From positions 23,870,001 to 23,934,000 of the forward strand of contig OZ336895.1 of assembly GCA_965287045.1 (NCBI GenBank): a DNA stretch of 64,000 nucleotides, written 5' to 3'. This document shows, piece by piece, positions 39,701 to 51,700 of this stretch. Both the position numbers and the translations under genes were made by a program. The notes under the pieces are model-generated. The model ran no database searches. It saw nothing but the letters and a program-made list of their open reading frames with translations, and was not told where the DNA came from. The stretch is from Carcharhinus amblyrhynchos. Taxonomy: Eukaryota. The stretch's first letter is position 1. Each line of letters opens with the position of its first letter.

Positions 39701-42700
39701 CAACTCCCACCTCAACAGTTATATCAGAATCAACAATCATAGGTGGCTCCAGTCCAACATCAACAGCTGAATTAACGACAGTTACCACTACACAAGGCAT
39801 TACAACAAGTGGTGAGTAACATGGTACCTTTTGTGTTCCAATCTTATTCCTTCAAATTTAAAATAGGATAATCGATTATCAACTGAAATAAAAAGAAAGT
39901 AGTGCAGTTTTGTGGGTTACATTTGTAATGATATATAGGGCAAATATTTGCAAATGTAATCAGCTGTTTTGTGTATTTTGCAAGCATTTGTGGGTAATTT
40001 GTAATATGTGCAATTGTTAACAAATCCTTAAGACTATAAGATGATTCGACCCATCACGTCAGCCATGTCATTCAATGAGATCATGACTGAACTGATAGAA
40101 CCTCTACCCTCTGTGAGAAGAAATTCCTCCTTATCCCTGTGTAGAATGGGAGACCCCTTATTCTGAGATTATGCCTGAACATATATTCCCAGTTGTTAGT
40201 GTGCATGATATATATCATTAATTATTTTAATGATTAACATAATTATTATGCAACAACAGAAGTCTTGAATGGCACCAGCAGCATTGTAATACCAACCGTT
40301 TCAGTAACTCCTGCATCTACCGGAACAACCACAGCAAGCTCCACTCCAGCATCAACAAGTATCTCAACGTCACCATTCACTGTAACAACTGGTGAGTATC
40401 CTAGTAAACATTAATCGGCAGTTCAATTGTTTTTCTTTTTCAAATGAAGGCAGTATTAGATCCAAGTCAGGAATTAGAAGTGACAAGATATCACACTGAC
40501 CCATTGTTGTCCATGAACCTGCAAGGGAGAATGATGTGTAAATGTTAATTGATGTTTATTTTCTGTTTCAACATGGATACATTTCAGCATCTGAGTAACG
40601 TGTATTCCATCAAAGTGTGAACAGAACACAGCAGTTTGTATTTTAATTCCGATTTCAGGGTATTTCATTCCAAGTTGGCTCTTTCTCTCAGTAAAGCCAT
40701 GTTTCATTTTCTCAGCAGCATCTGAAACATCAACTGTGAGTGAACAGAGCAGCACCGCAGCAGTGAGCCCTACATCAACAACGTCAACAAGTCCAACAGC
40801 AAGCATCTCCACTGTTGCATCGACAACTGAATCAACAATAATCACAACACAAGCCACTGCCATAAGTAGTAAGTACCCAAGTATACTTTCACCTGATGTT
40901 TCAATGCAATTTAAATTATGTTTGACAACAAATTAAAATAAAGTCCCAAAAATTGCAGTTTTATTGATTACATCAATAATAATACAGAGGAGAATTATTT
41001 GCTAATTTCATCTCTGCCTTGCATCAGCTGCAACATGCCTATGCTGTATTGTGGGGAATATGTCACAAAACCAGAGACATTGTATATTACTGCATGTTCT
41101 TGAGTAGTTGCTGGTTTCACAGAATCGTAGAATCCCTACAGTGCGGAAGAAGACCATTTGGCCCATCAAGTCTCCGCTGACCATAATCCCACCCAGGCCC
41201 TTTCCCCACAGTCTCACTTATTTGCCCTGCTAGCCCCCCTGATACAAAGTCGCAACTTAGCATGGTCAATCAACCAAACCCGCACATCTTTGGGAGGAAA
41301 CTGGAGCACCCAAAGGAAAGCCACACAGACAGGGGGAGAACATGCAAACTCCACACAGACTATCACCCAAGGCCGGAATTGAACCCGGGTCTCTGGCCCT
41401 ATGAGGCAGTAATGCTAACTGCTGTGCCACCGTGCCACCCATAACTCAAATGTGCTATTTTCATCAAAACAGCAGAAATACCAATTTCAACTATACAGAC
41501 CAACACTACAGCATCAAGCACCATGGCAACAAGTGCAGCAGAATCAACAACCACAACCAACTCCACTTCAGCATCAATAACTGAATCAACAGGCATTTCA
41601 ACAAGTGGTGAATATTATAGTACATTTTTATTTTCCAATCTGATTCTTTGAAGCAGTTTCATTTTGATTCTTTTCAATTCAGTGCAGTATTGCAACCAAA
41701 TCAGGAAATACCCACACAAGATACCACAGTTCTAATTCGCCGCTCATGACAATATAGCGAAGAAGTTCAAATGTAACTTGGTAGTTTTTTGTTGTTTTAT
41801 CGTAGATATATTTAGACAACGGAATAATTTGTATTCTAACAACATGTTAACAGAACATGTAAGTGTTGCACTTGATCTTGCCTGTTTGTTGCAGTAACGG
41901 CAATAATTATTTTCCCAGCAGCATCAGAAACCATGACAGCAAGTGCTCAGACCATCACTGCAGCAGTGAGCTCTTCATCAACTCCCATATCATCAAGTCC
42001 AACAGCACAATCAGCAGCAAGCAGCTCCACTCCAACAGCGACAACAGAATCAACGACAATCACAACTGCACCAATTATTACAAGTGATTATCCAAGTAAA
42101 ATTTGACCTGTTATATCAATGTAATTGCTTTATATTTAAAGCAGGATCATGATTACACACTGAAGTTAGATTCATTTGTTTTTTTTACATCCATAGTAAG
42201 AGAGACAGGAGTTGATGTGTTCTATAGGAAGACCTCATGCATCTAGTTGATGGATGCACTGGCTGGGTGCCAAAGGAAATGGAACATTTGGGGGCTGCCT
42301 ACCATTAGCACTGGGTTAGTTGGGCTGTGGAAGCAGTGGGCCAACACATCTCAATATAGGGTGGTCCAGTCATTCTCTGAGTTGGGGGAAGATAAGTTCA
42401 TAAGGGCCTTTGTCTCAATGAGGGTAGTCAACACAACAGGGGCACTAGTTGGATTTGTAGAACTTGGAAGGGGACAGGATTGTATCATGTCATTTCTAGG
42501 GCATTTTGAAAGTGGGTTCTTAATGGTTTATGCTCCAACTTGTCCAGTTTCTGATACTCAGTGTACTTGAGTGCTCATCTAGAAAGATCACTCTTAATAA
42601 GTTGTCATCCTTATTTCGATGGATCTAAGTGTTCTAATCCTATTTTGCTTTGTAACCCTTCCTTTTATAGTTGAACCCACCATTGTTCCTGTAACTAACA

Positions 42701-45700
42701 ATCCAGATCAAGAAACGCAAAAGACAAAATTTAATGTAACTTTCACCGTGCTCACACTGCCATTCAATCCAAGTCTAGAAAATAAAACTTCCCCATCGTA
42801 CATGGATAAATCAAGCAACATTCTTGATGAGGTAATCATGATATCTAAGTGAATAGGAACACAAGTGTTAAATTTCATTACATTTCTTGTAATAAAATGT
42901 TGCATTTTAATTTTCTGCAGCTCAATAAACTGTATGCCAACAGCAAAGTAAACTCAACCTTTGTGAAATGTCATTCTGTCTCTTTCAGGTAAGCAAATAT
43001 ATCTTACAATGGAAGTCCTAATTAAGATGGATCCACAACTTTCTTAGCTTCAATTGACTTGTATTTAGTTACATAAAAAACTAATTACATAAATAAATTC
43101 CTGCTGTCGTTTATTATTGAGATAATTCTTTATGTACATTGTTGTAACCCAGACATACCCAAACATCTCAACTTTCCTGTAAGCCATTCATTTGATGTGT
43201 GGTCATGGGAATTGAGTTCCATCGCAGGCTTCCTGCTATTGAATAATCTTAATTTGAAAAGTACAGAATCGTGTACAATCCTGGCTGTCTTTCCAAATGT
43301 CATGCAACGCAATTCCGGTAAAACAAGTACTCATGCAGTTGATTTGAGAAATCAATTCACCAGTCAGATTATATTAGTGCTGTCAGATCTTCAGTATTTT
43401 ACAACAAATTAACCAGCTGCTATTTGTATGTGGCAGACCTGCAAGTGATGGTAACAGTACGGTTGAAGCATTCTGTGATTTCATAAAGAGTGCCAGTGCC
43501 CAGCAAGTTGATAAAGTTCTACTTTATCATGAATTCCAAAACAACACAAACGGCATCACCACTTTGGGATCATATTCACTGGACAGCAACAGCCTCTTTG
43601 TAGATGGTATATATTCACTTCCATTTAATAATTTAGTAACTGGTTAAACCATTTTGATAGACACTTTCCTGTTGTACAATGATCCTACCACCATCGTTCT
43701 AACAAATGATCCTCTATCTTACTGATCTCCTGGCTCACCCTTACTCCTAGTTCTTAACCATTCCTGTGCTAGTCCCTTTTCTCATTCCTTATCTGCTGAC
43801 TCACTCCTAATTGACCAATTCTCATTCCCGATGTTGCCTCTTACTTGCTCCCACTCTAGTGATGCTGTTGACATTATTTTGCTGGCTCTTGTTCACCCAT
43901 TCCTGAACGTCTAACTAATTTATACCCTGATCATCCGCCTCACATTCCTGACCCACTGTGTCTTATTCATTCCTGGTCTGTTCATTTACCTTCGTTGAAG
44001 AGCTCTAATGCACTCATCCCTCAGCTTCTGGCTCCTGTTCAACACCTTTTATTGAAACTTTATTTTTAGGAGGAATTCTGCATGTTTGACTCCATTTTCA
44101 TAATTTCAAACCTTCAATTTCTGATTAAATGTGGAACATCTTATCTTTTCACATGTGTGCTATTCTGGTAACAGCATTTATTTTAAGCTAATAATTCTAA
44201 CTCATCAGAATGTGCTTGAACAAGCTTAATTCATCTTTTCCAAATATATTTGTTTTGCAGGTTACCATGAATCAGTAGTTTTAACAAGTAAGTATATTAA
44301 TTGATCTCTCTATTGTTCTTTTAATATTTCTAGATGTGGATCAGTTTCACGTAAGATCTTGCAACATGTTGACATGATACTGAGATCATATCAGGAAGAA
44401 TTCCTCTGTGTGTTAGGCAAATCGTAAACATATTCTTTGGAGATATGGTTAGGCTTCCATTACAATAAGTAGTCAACAGATACTCCGCATTTAGGTACTG
44501 AACCCTACGAGGGCATTGATAACCATAAACAGCCATTGGATAGGTCCATGATTATGTATGGCAAAGTACAACTCTCACTCCTTGAAATTTAAAGCAGTTT
44601 TATTCTGATTCTTTTCAATTCAAAGCTTTAAAGTTAAAGTTTATTTGTTAGTCACAAGTAAGGCTTACATTAACACTGCAATGAAGTAACTATGAAATTC
44701 CCTGAGTCGCTACATTCCGGTGCTTGTTTGGGTAAATGCAACTAACCAGTACATCTTTTAGACTGTGGGAGGCAACCAGAGCACCCAGAGGAAGCCCACA
44801 CAGACAGTGGGAGAATGTGCAAACTCAGCACAGACAATGACACAAGCCAGGAATCGAACCTGAGTCCCTAGCGCTACGAGGCAGCAGTGCTAATCAATGT
44901 GCCACTATGCCGCCCATTGCAGTGTTTCAACCAAATCAGGAAATAGCCACAAGATATCACAGTTCTACTTTGCTGCTCATGATAATGTGGTGAAGAATCA
45001 CGTAAATGTATAATAGTAGCTTTTTATTGGAGATGTGTTTAGGCTTCCATTACAGCAAATGTCAAATAAAACCTTTGCATTTGTGTACAGTACACTAAGA
45101 GGGCATTAGCAACCGTGAACCTCCAGTGGATAAGTCCATGATTATGCTTGGCAAAGTACAATAGTGGTTGGCCATTGGCTTCTGCAGTGTGCCTGACCCC
45201 CACCTGTCTTCCAGTGTATTGAAAGGATTTATAAGTTGATAATCAACCTGTTTGGCCATACTTTGAATGCAACTTCTGTGGCGATCATGCCATTGAATCC
45301 AAAACTTGGGAAACCTCCAACGAGCCACAAGACCTCACTACACAATAATATTCCTTAGAATTACATTTGGAAATGGAAATGGAAATTCCAGTGGTTGCTG
45401 AGTGATATAAATGATCATCCAGTTGTTAGGACATTATAGAATTTTAAACTCAGGTGCCTGTTTATTTATTGATTATAATCATGACATGGCAACTGCTGTG
45501 CGTTACAGAAGGCCTGGCCAGTGACAAGGGTATCTGCACTGCAAGGACACCCACATCCATCCTCCACAAAGACTTACCTCACCGCTTCTCTCCACTGAGG
45601 CTTTCCTGAGTGGACTGGATAAATCCATCCCACTTACCCACTCTCCAGATCTGCAGTGCTGTTCTGTTTCTGGGCATATTGCAGTGCCAGCATTGGTCAC

Positions 45701-48700
45701 TGCTCCCGGTTGCACAGCTCAGCCTAAAGAGTTGCCAACCCTCTGATTTGGCCTCCGGAATCCCAGGAGTTCTGATGGCAGGCAGGTCAGTGCCTCATTG
45801 AAATCCAATTGCTGTGCCAGAATTGAAACTGATGAACTGATTGGGTCATTGATGCCAAAACGCCAACCATCTGATTTAGCCCACAGAGTCATTATGGTAC
45901 AAAATAGGCCATTCTGCTCATCAATCCATGCTAGCTCTGCGTAGAGAAATCAAAAGTGCCCCAGTGCTCATGCAACTTTATTTCTTGCAAGCACGTATCA
46001 GATTGCCTTTTGATTCATCAATCACCTTCACTTCTGCCACACTTGTAGGCAGGCAGTTCCAGGTCACTGCACAAATAAAACTTTTCCTCATATCCCGACT
46101 AAACTTTTGCTTGCAACCATACATTGATATGTCCTATTCCTAATCAGCTAATAGAGTCTCTATTACTTGTCATAATCTCTATCAATTCCCCCATTAGTCT
46201 CCTTTGCTTCAACAAGAAGAATCCCAGCTCACTGGTGGCATCCATGTAAAACTATTGATATTTATTGTATCTCTGCTTATATCTCCTGCAGCTACAACAC
46301 CAGCAGTGACAACACAAATGTCAACTCCAGAAGTGAAGCCCATTGAATTCAATGTGACCTTTGTTATCACTAACTTAGAGTTTGTACAATCTCTACAAGA
46401 CACCAATTCCTCACTGTATAAATCTGCATCAAGTGTTATTTCTCACCAGGTAACAAAGAGATTGTTTATATTTGTTTGTGGTGTGATAGTGACTGAAGTA
46501 TAACATTAACAGAAAAATCTCTCCTATCACTGAGAACTTTTCCCTCTAACTCTGCAATTGCAAATTTATTGCAGCTCACAGACCTGTACAGCAAGAGCAA
46601 AATCAACTCAACATTTTCAACTTGCAAAACTGTTTCCTTCAGGTCAGTGCATTTTTGATGTGTATATACTGAAAATGTGGAAGGTTAATTGAAAATAAAA
46701 GGCTGCACTGTCAAAGATTAGAAGGCAATAATGCCTGAAATGGTTTTCAATAGTTAATGGTCATATAGCGTAGATGTATAGAAACACAGAAATATAAAAA
46801 ATAAGAGCAGGAGGAGGCCATTTGAACCTTCAAACCTGTGCTGCAATTCATCACGATCATGGCAGATTGTCCAACTCACTAGCCTAATCCTACTTTCTCC
46901 CCATAACCTTTGATCTAATTCACCCCAAGTGTTATATCCAGACACCTCTTGAATACATTCATTGCCTTGGCATCAATTATTTCCTGTGGTAATGAATTCC
47001 ACAGGCTCACCACTCTTTGGGTGAAGAAACGTCTCCTCATTTCCATCCTAAATGGTCTACCCCGAATCCTCAGACAGCGACCCCTGGTTCTGGACACCCC
47101 CACCATCAGGAATATCTACCCTGTCCAGTGTGGTTTGGTTTTATAAGTTGTGATGAGGTCCCCCCTCGTTCATCTGAACTCCAGAGAAAATAATCCTAAT
47201 CTAGCCAATCTCTCCTCGTACATCAGTCCAGCCATCCCGGAATCAGTCGGTAATCCTTCACGGTACTCCATCGAGAGCAAGAATATCCTTCCTCAGAAAA
47301 GGAGATCAAAACTGCACACACTATTCTAGGTCTGGTCTCAACATGACTCTGTATAAATGTAATAACACATCCCTGCTCCTATCCTCGAACCCACTCGCAA
47401 TGAAGGCCAACACACAATTTGCCTTATTACCGCCTGCTGCACCTGCATGCTTACCTTCAGTGACTGGTGCACAAGGAATCCAGATCCCACTGCACTCTCA
47501 TGTGTACTGATGAGTGTTCCCTGACTCTGTTATTTACATTGAAGAATATCTATCAACCTTTGTTTAATTTGACAGTATTTGAATTACCAGGGCACAGGTT
47601 GATTGCAACTTTCATGAATTCTGTACACAATTGACGAAGATCGCTATGATAAGTACAATGACCAAGAATCCTGACAGGTCAATTTTTCTCACATAGTTAA
47701 TCTTGTTATTACTTGTTTTTTTCCCAACAGTCCAGCAAATATTGGGGGTAGCACCAGTGTGTACTCAGTATGCACTTTCAGAAATGATTCGACTGCTCCT
47801 CATGTCGATAGAGTTACGGTGTACCACGAGTTCAGGGACAACACAAATGGCACCTCCACCTTAGGAGTATATTCCTTGGACAATAACAGCCTCTATGTAA
47901 ATGGTAATTATTATTTAAAGGGAATGATCCATTCCATCAAATTTTATTCTAAAGATCTGGTTACATTATTCAAAATTACTCTAATTTATCGCAAACATTC
48001 CATGAATTTACTTATTATGGTGATGACTTTCCATTTAACGCAATTTATATTAAACATCTGTAATTTTTTTTAAGGTTATCATGAATCAACTCCTTTGCCC
48101 AGTAAGTATTGTTTTAATTTCTTAGTTCATTAACATTTCTCCTTAGTGCTGAGTGTTACATTATTATAGATTTTTACTCAACCTGATTGATGTATTGTCA
48201 AAATAGCCCACTGTTTTGGGGTGAAATGTTTCGCATTTCTTAATGACCAATAGCCCACAGAGCACCATTGAATGCTAGCTCTCCCTAGAGAAAGCAAAGG
48301 TGCCCCATTGCTCATGCAATTTGATTTCCTGCAAATGCATATCAGATTGCCTTTTGATTCATCAATCATCTTCACTTCTGTCACACTTGTAGGCAGGCAG
48401 TTCCAGATCACTGCAGCATAAACAAAACTCTTCCTCATATCCCCGCTGCAGCTCTTGCTTGTAACCTTAAATTGACATGCCTTATTCCTAATCAGCTAAT
48501 AGAATCTCTTTTGTCATAATCTCTAGCAAATCCCCCATTAGTCTCCTTTGCTTCAACAAGAAGACCCCCAAGAAGCTTGCAAATGACAAGAAACGCATAA
48601 ATGATGTCCACGCAAAACTATTGATTTTTTTTGTATCTCTGCTTATATCTCCTGCAGCTACAACACCAGCAGTGACAACACAAACGTCAACTCCAGAAGT

Positions 48701-51700
48701 GAAGCCCATTGAATTCAACGTGACCTTTGTTATCACTAACTTAGAGTTTGTACAATCTCTACAAGACACCAATTCCTCACTGTATAAATCTGCATCAAGT
48801 GTTATTTCTCACCAGGTAACAAAGAGTTTGCAATATTATACAGTTATTGTTTACATTTGTTTGTGGTGTGATAGTGACTGAAGTATAAGATTAACAGAAA
48901 AATCTCTCCTATCACTGAGAACTTCTCCTTCTAACACTGCAATTGGAAATTTATTGCAGCTCACAGACCTGTACAGCAAGAGCAAAATCAACTCAACATT
49001 TTCAACTTGCAAAACTGTTTCCTTCAGGTCGGTGTACTTTCTATATATTCAAAATTTGGAATGAAGGTTAATTGAAAACAATCTCAAAGACTAGCAGGCA
49101 ATAATGCCTGAAATGATGTAAGATGTTTTCAATAGTTAATAGTTGTATAACGAAGAAATATTCAGTGGCTACATCTCGTGTGTACTGATGAGTGTTCCCT
49201 GGCTCTATTATATACATTGAAGCATTTCTGTCAACCTTTGTTTAATTTGACAGTATTTGAATTACCAGGGCACAGGCTGATTGCAACTTTCACAAATTAT
49301 GTACACAATTGATGAAGATTGCAATGATAAGTACAACGACCAATAATCCTGACAGGTCAATTTTTGTCACTTAGTTAATCTTGTTATTACTTATTTTTCC
49401 AACAGTCCAGCAAATATTGGGGGTAGCACCAGTGTGTACGCAGTCTGCACTTTCAGAAATGATTCGACTGCTCCTCATGTCGATAGAGTTACGGTGTACC
49501 ACGAGTTCAGGGACAACACAAATGGCACCTCCCCCTTAGGAGTATATTCCTTGGACAATAACAGCCTCTATGTAAATGGTAATTATTATTTAAAGGAAAT
49601 GATCCATTCCATCAAATTTTATTCTAAAGATCTGGTTACATTATTCAAAATTACTCTAATTTATTGCAAACATTCCATGAATTTACTTATTATGGTGATG
49701 ACTTTCCATTTGACGCAATTTATATTAAACATCTGTAATTTTTTTTAAGGTTATCATGAATCAACTCCTTTGCCCAGTAAGTATTGTGTTAAGTACTTAG
49801 TTCATTAATATTTCTCAATAGTGTTATGTTATTACAGATTTTTACTAAACCCTATCGATGTATCATCAAAATATTTCACTGTTTTGGGGGGGGGATTGTT
49901 TTGCATTTCTTAAATGACCTTTTATTTAAGTTCTGGTCTTGAAAACTGCTTGATGACTCAATTACATGTTTGGTTTGTGCTCTTGCGTCCATTCTCTTTT
50001 ATGTGTGAATTGCTAATAGACTGATGCTGAAGCTGTAAGTGACTAGTGTGGAAACTGCAGAACCTATAGTTCAAATCCAGCGATCTCTGGAAGAAACATA
50101 AAACTAAGAACACAATCAAGAGGTTGTCACCACTAAGATGCAATATCTTGAACAATCATTAGTTCAGAAAGTTTCAGTGTTACATCATAAGTATGCGAAA
50201 AGTTGTTGGGTGCTTCTCTTTAAGATTAATAGCTTGAAATATTCTATTGCTGTTTCTTAATTCTTGGTTCATTTCCCCCTTACCATGTGCAGTGCAGATC
50301 ATGCAGTCATACAAATGTTTTATCCCTAGTTTAATACTTAACTGATGTTTTTTTTTTGACAGCAACATCTCCAATTCTGACCACAACTCCAACCCTGCAA
50401 GCAGAACCTTACGATTTCAATGTGACCTTCATTATAACTAATTTGGCCCCGACATCAAGTCTACTGTCACCTGGTTCTGCATTGTTCAAATCTGCATCAA
50501 GCATTATAGCTCATGAGGTGAGTTGCAATTCAATGTTTATTACGAATATATGTTTGAATCCATTATTTTACTTTTATATCTAAACCTGCGAACGTTCATC
50601 TCTTTTCAGCTGAACACACGGTTTGCTAACAGCAAGATTAACCAAACATTCTCAAAATGCAGAGTTCTCTCTTTCAGGTAAGGAATGATAATATTAATCA
50701 TGATCAGTATGAGTTTCAAGATTATTTAACAGTTTAGTATAAATGCTTAATGTTGAATAAATGGCTATAATTTGCACTTGTTCTCTTGAATTTTGATCAA
50801 GGATTCAAGCTCAAGTCATTGTTATTGAACTTTGAGTTTCTTCAAAGTTAATTGTTGATGATTTTAAAAAATAAAGAGGAATTAGAATTCTTTTTATTCA
50901 TTCATGGGACATGAGCATTGCTGGCTGGCCAGCATTTATTGCCCATCCCTGGTTGCCCTTGGAGGGCAGTTGAGAGTAGGCCAGACCAGGTAAGGACAGC
51001 AGATTACCTTCCCTAAAGGACATGAATGAATGAGATGGGTTTTTCTGACAATGGTTTCATGATTATCAGTAGATTCTTAATGCCAGATATTTGTTATTGA
51101 GTTCAAATTCCACCAACTGCCATGGCGGGATTCGAACCTGGGTCCCCAGAACATGAGCTGAGCTTCTGGATTAGTTGTCTAGCGATAATATCATGAAGCC
51201 TTTGCCTTCCCTAAGATGAGAGAAGAGGAACAAGAAATATAAAACCAGTTTGTAAGAACCTTCACAGGAAAGGGAATAAGAAATGTGATAGGCTGAGAAA
51301 TCAAAGGCCAGAATCAAACAGGACCACAGTAAACAATAGCGGGAATGGGACAAGTAATGTTAAAATAGATGCACCTTCAGGCCTTGTGCCTTGACACGTA
51401 GAACATTTGTAATTAAGTAGATGAATTAATCATGTAAATAGATGTAAATGCATATGATATGGTCAGGAGTACCGAGATTTGGCTGCAGGGTGACCAGGGA
51501 TGTGAAATGTACATCCAGAGGTGTTTAGGAAGGACAGACAAAAAGGAAAAAGTTGTAGAGTTGCATTGCTGGTTAAAGAGAAATTAATACAACAGTGAAG
51601 AAAGATATTAACTCCAACAATGTGGAATCTGTATGGCTGGAATTGAGAAAGACCAAGGGGCAAAAATCATTAGTGGGTGTCGTATATAAACCCCCAAACT

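Larger units (their letters stand above)
350..42100 (+). repeat. Higher-order tandem array of mucin PTS exon+intron units (A-B-C-D about 1.9 kb; three-exon variants about 1.4 kb)
   Basis: Recurrent acceptors TTCACTTTCTCAG (A), CACTGAAACAGCAG (B/C) and TTTTCACTGCAG (D), and donor ACAAGTG|GTGAGT. A exons start at about 556, 1971, 3868, 5737, 7619, 9018, 10316, 11726 and onward. Introns are repeated along with the exons. Confidence 0.95.

Noticed and set aside
407-41596. Many minus-strand Val/Asp/Gly-rich ORFs (VVVIVVDSAVDAGVELL...)
   Set aside because: These are antisense shadows of ACA/TCA/GCA-rich mucin exons. Splice signals support the + strand.
42247-42570. 107-aa ORF between the PTS array and SEA module 1
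   Set aside because: No recognisable motif or convincing splice boundaries; probably chance or decayed repeat sequence.
43680-44045. Pyrimidine-rich stretch in SEA module 1 intron 3
   Set aside because: Low-complexity sequence with no clear period, ORF or terminal repeats.
46250-49800. SEA modules 2/3 or the PTS units as assembly artefacts
   Set aside because: The copies differ by many substitutions, indels and unit-specific TE insertions, although exact copy number still needs long-read confirmation.
51110-51195. tRNA gene (perfect B-box); likewise near 41380, 44855 and 61765
   Set aside because: These are SINE heads followed by SINE bodies and tails, with no complete cloverleaf.
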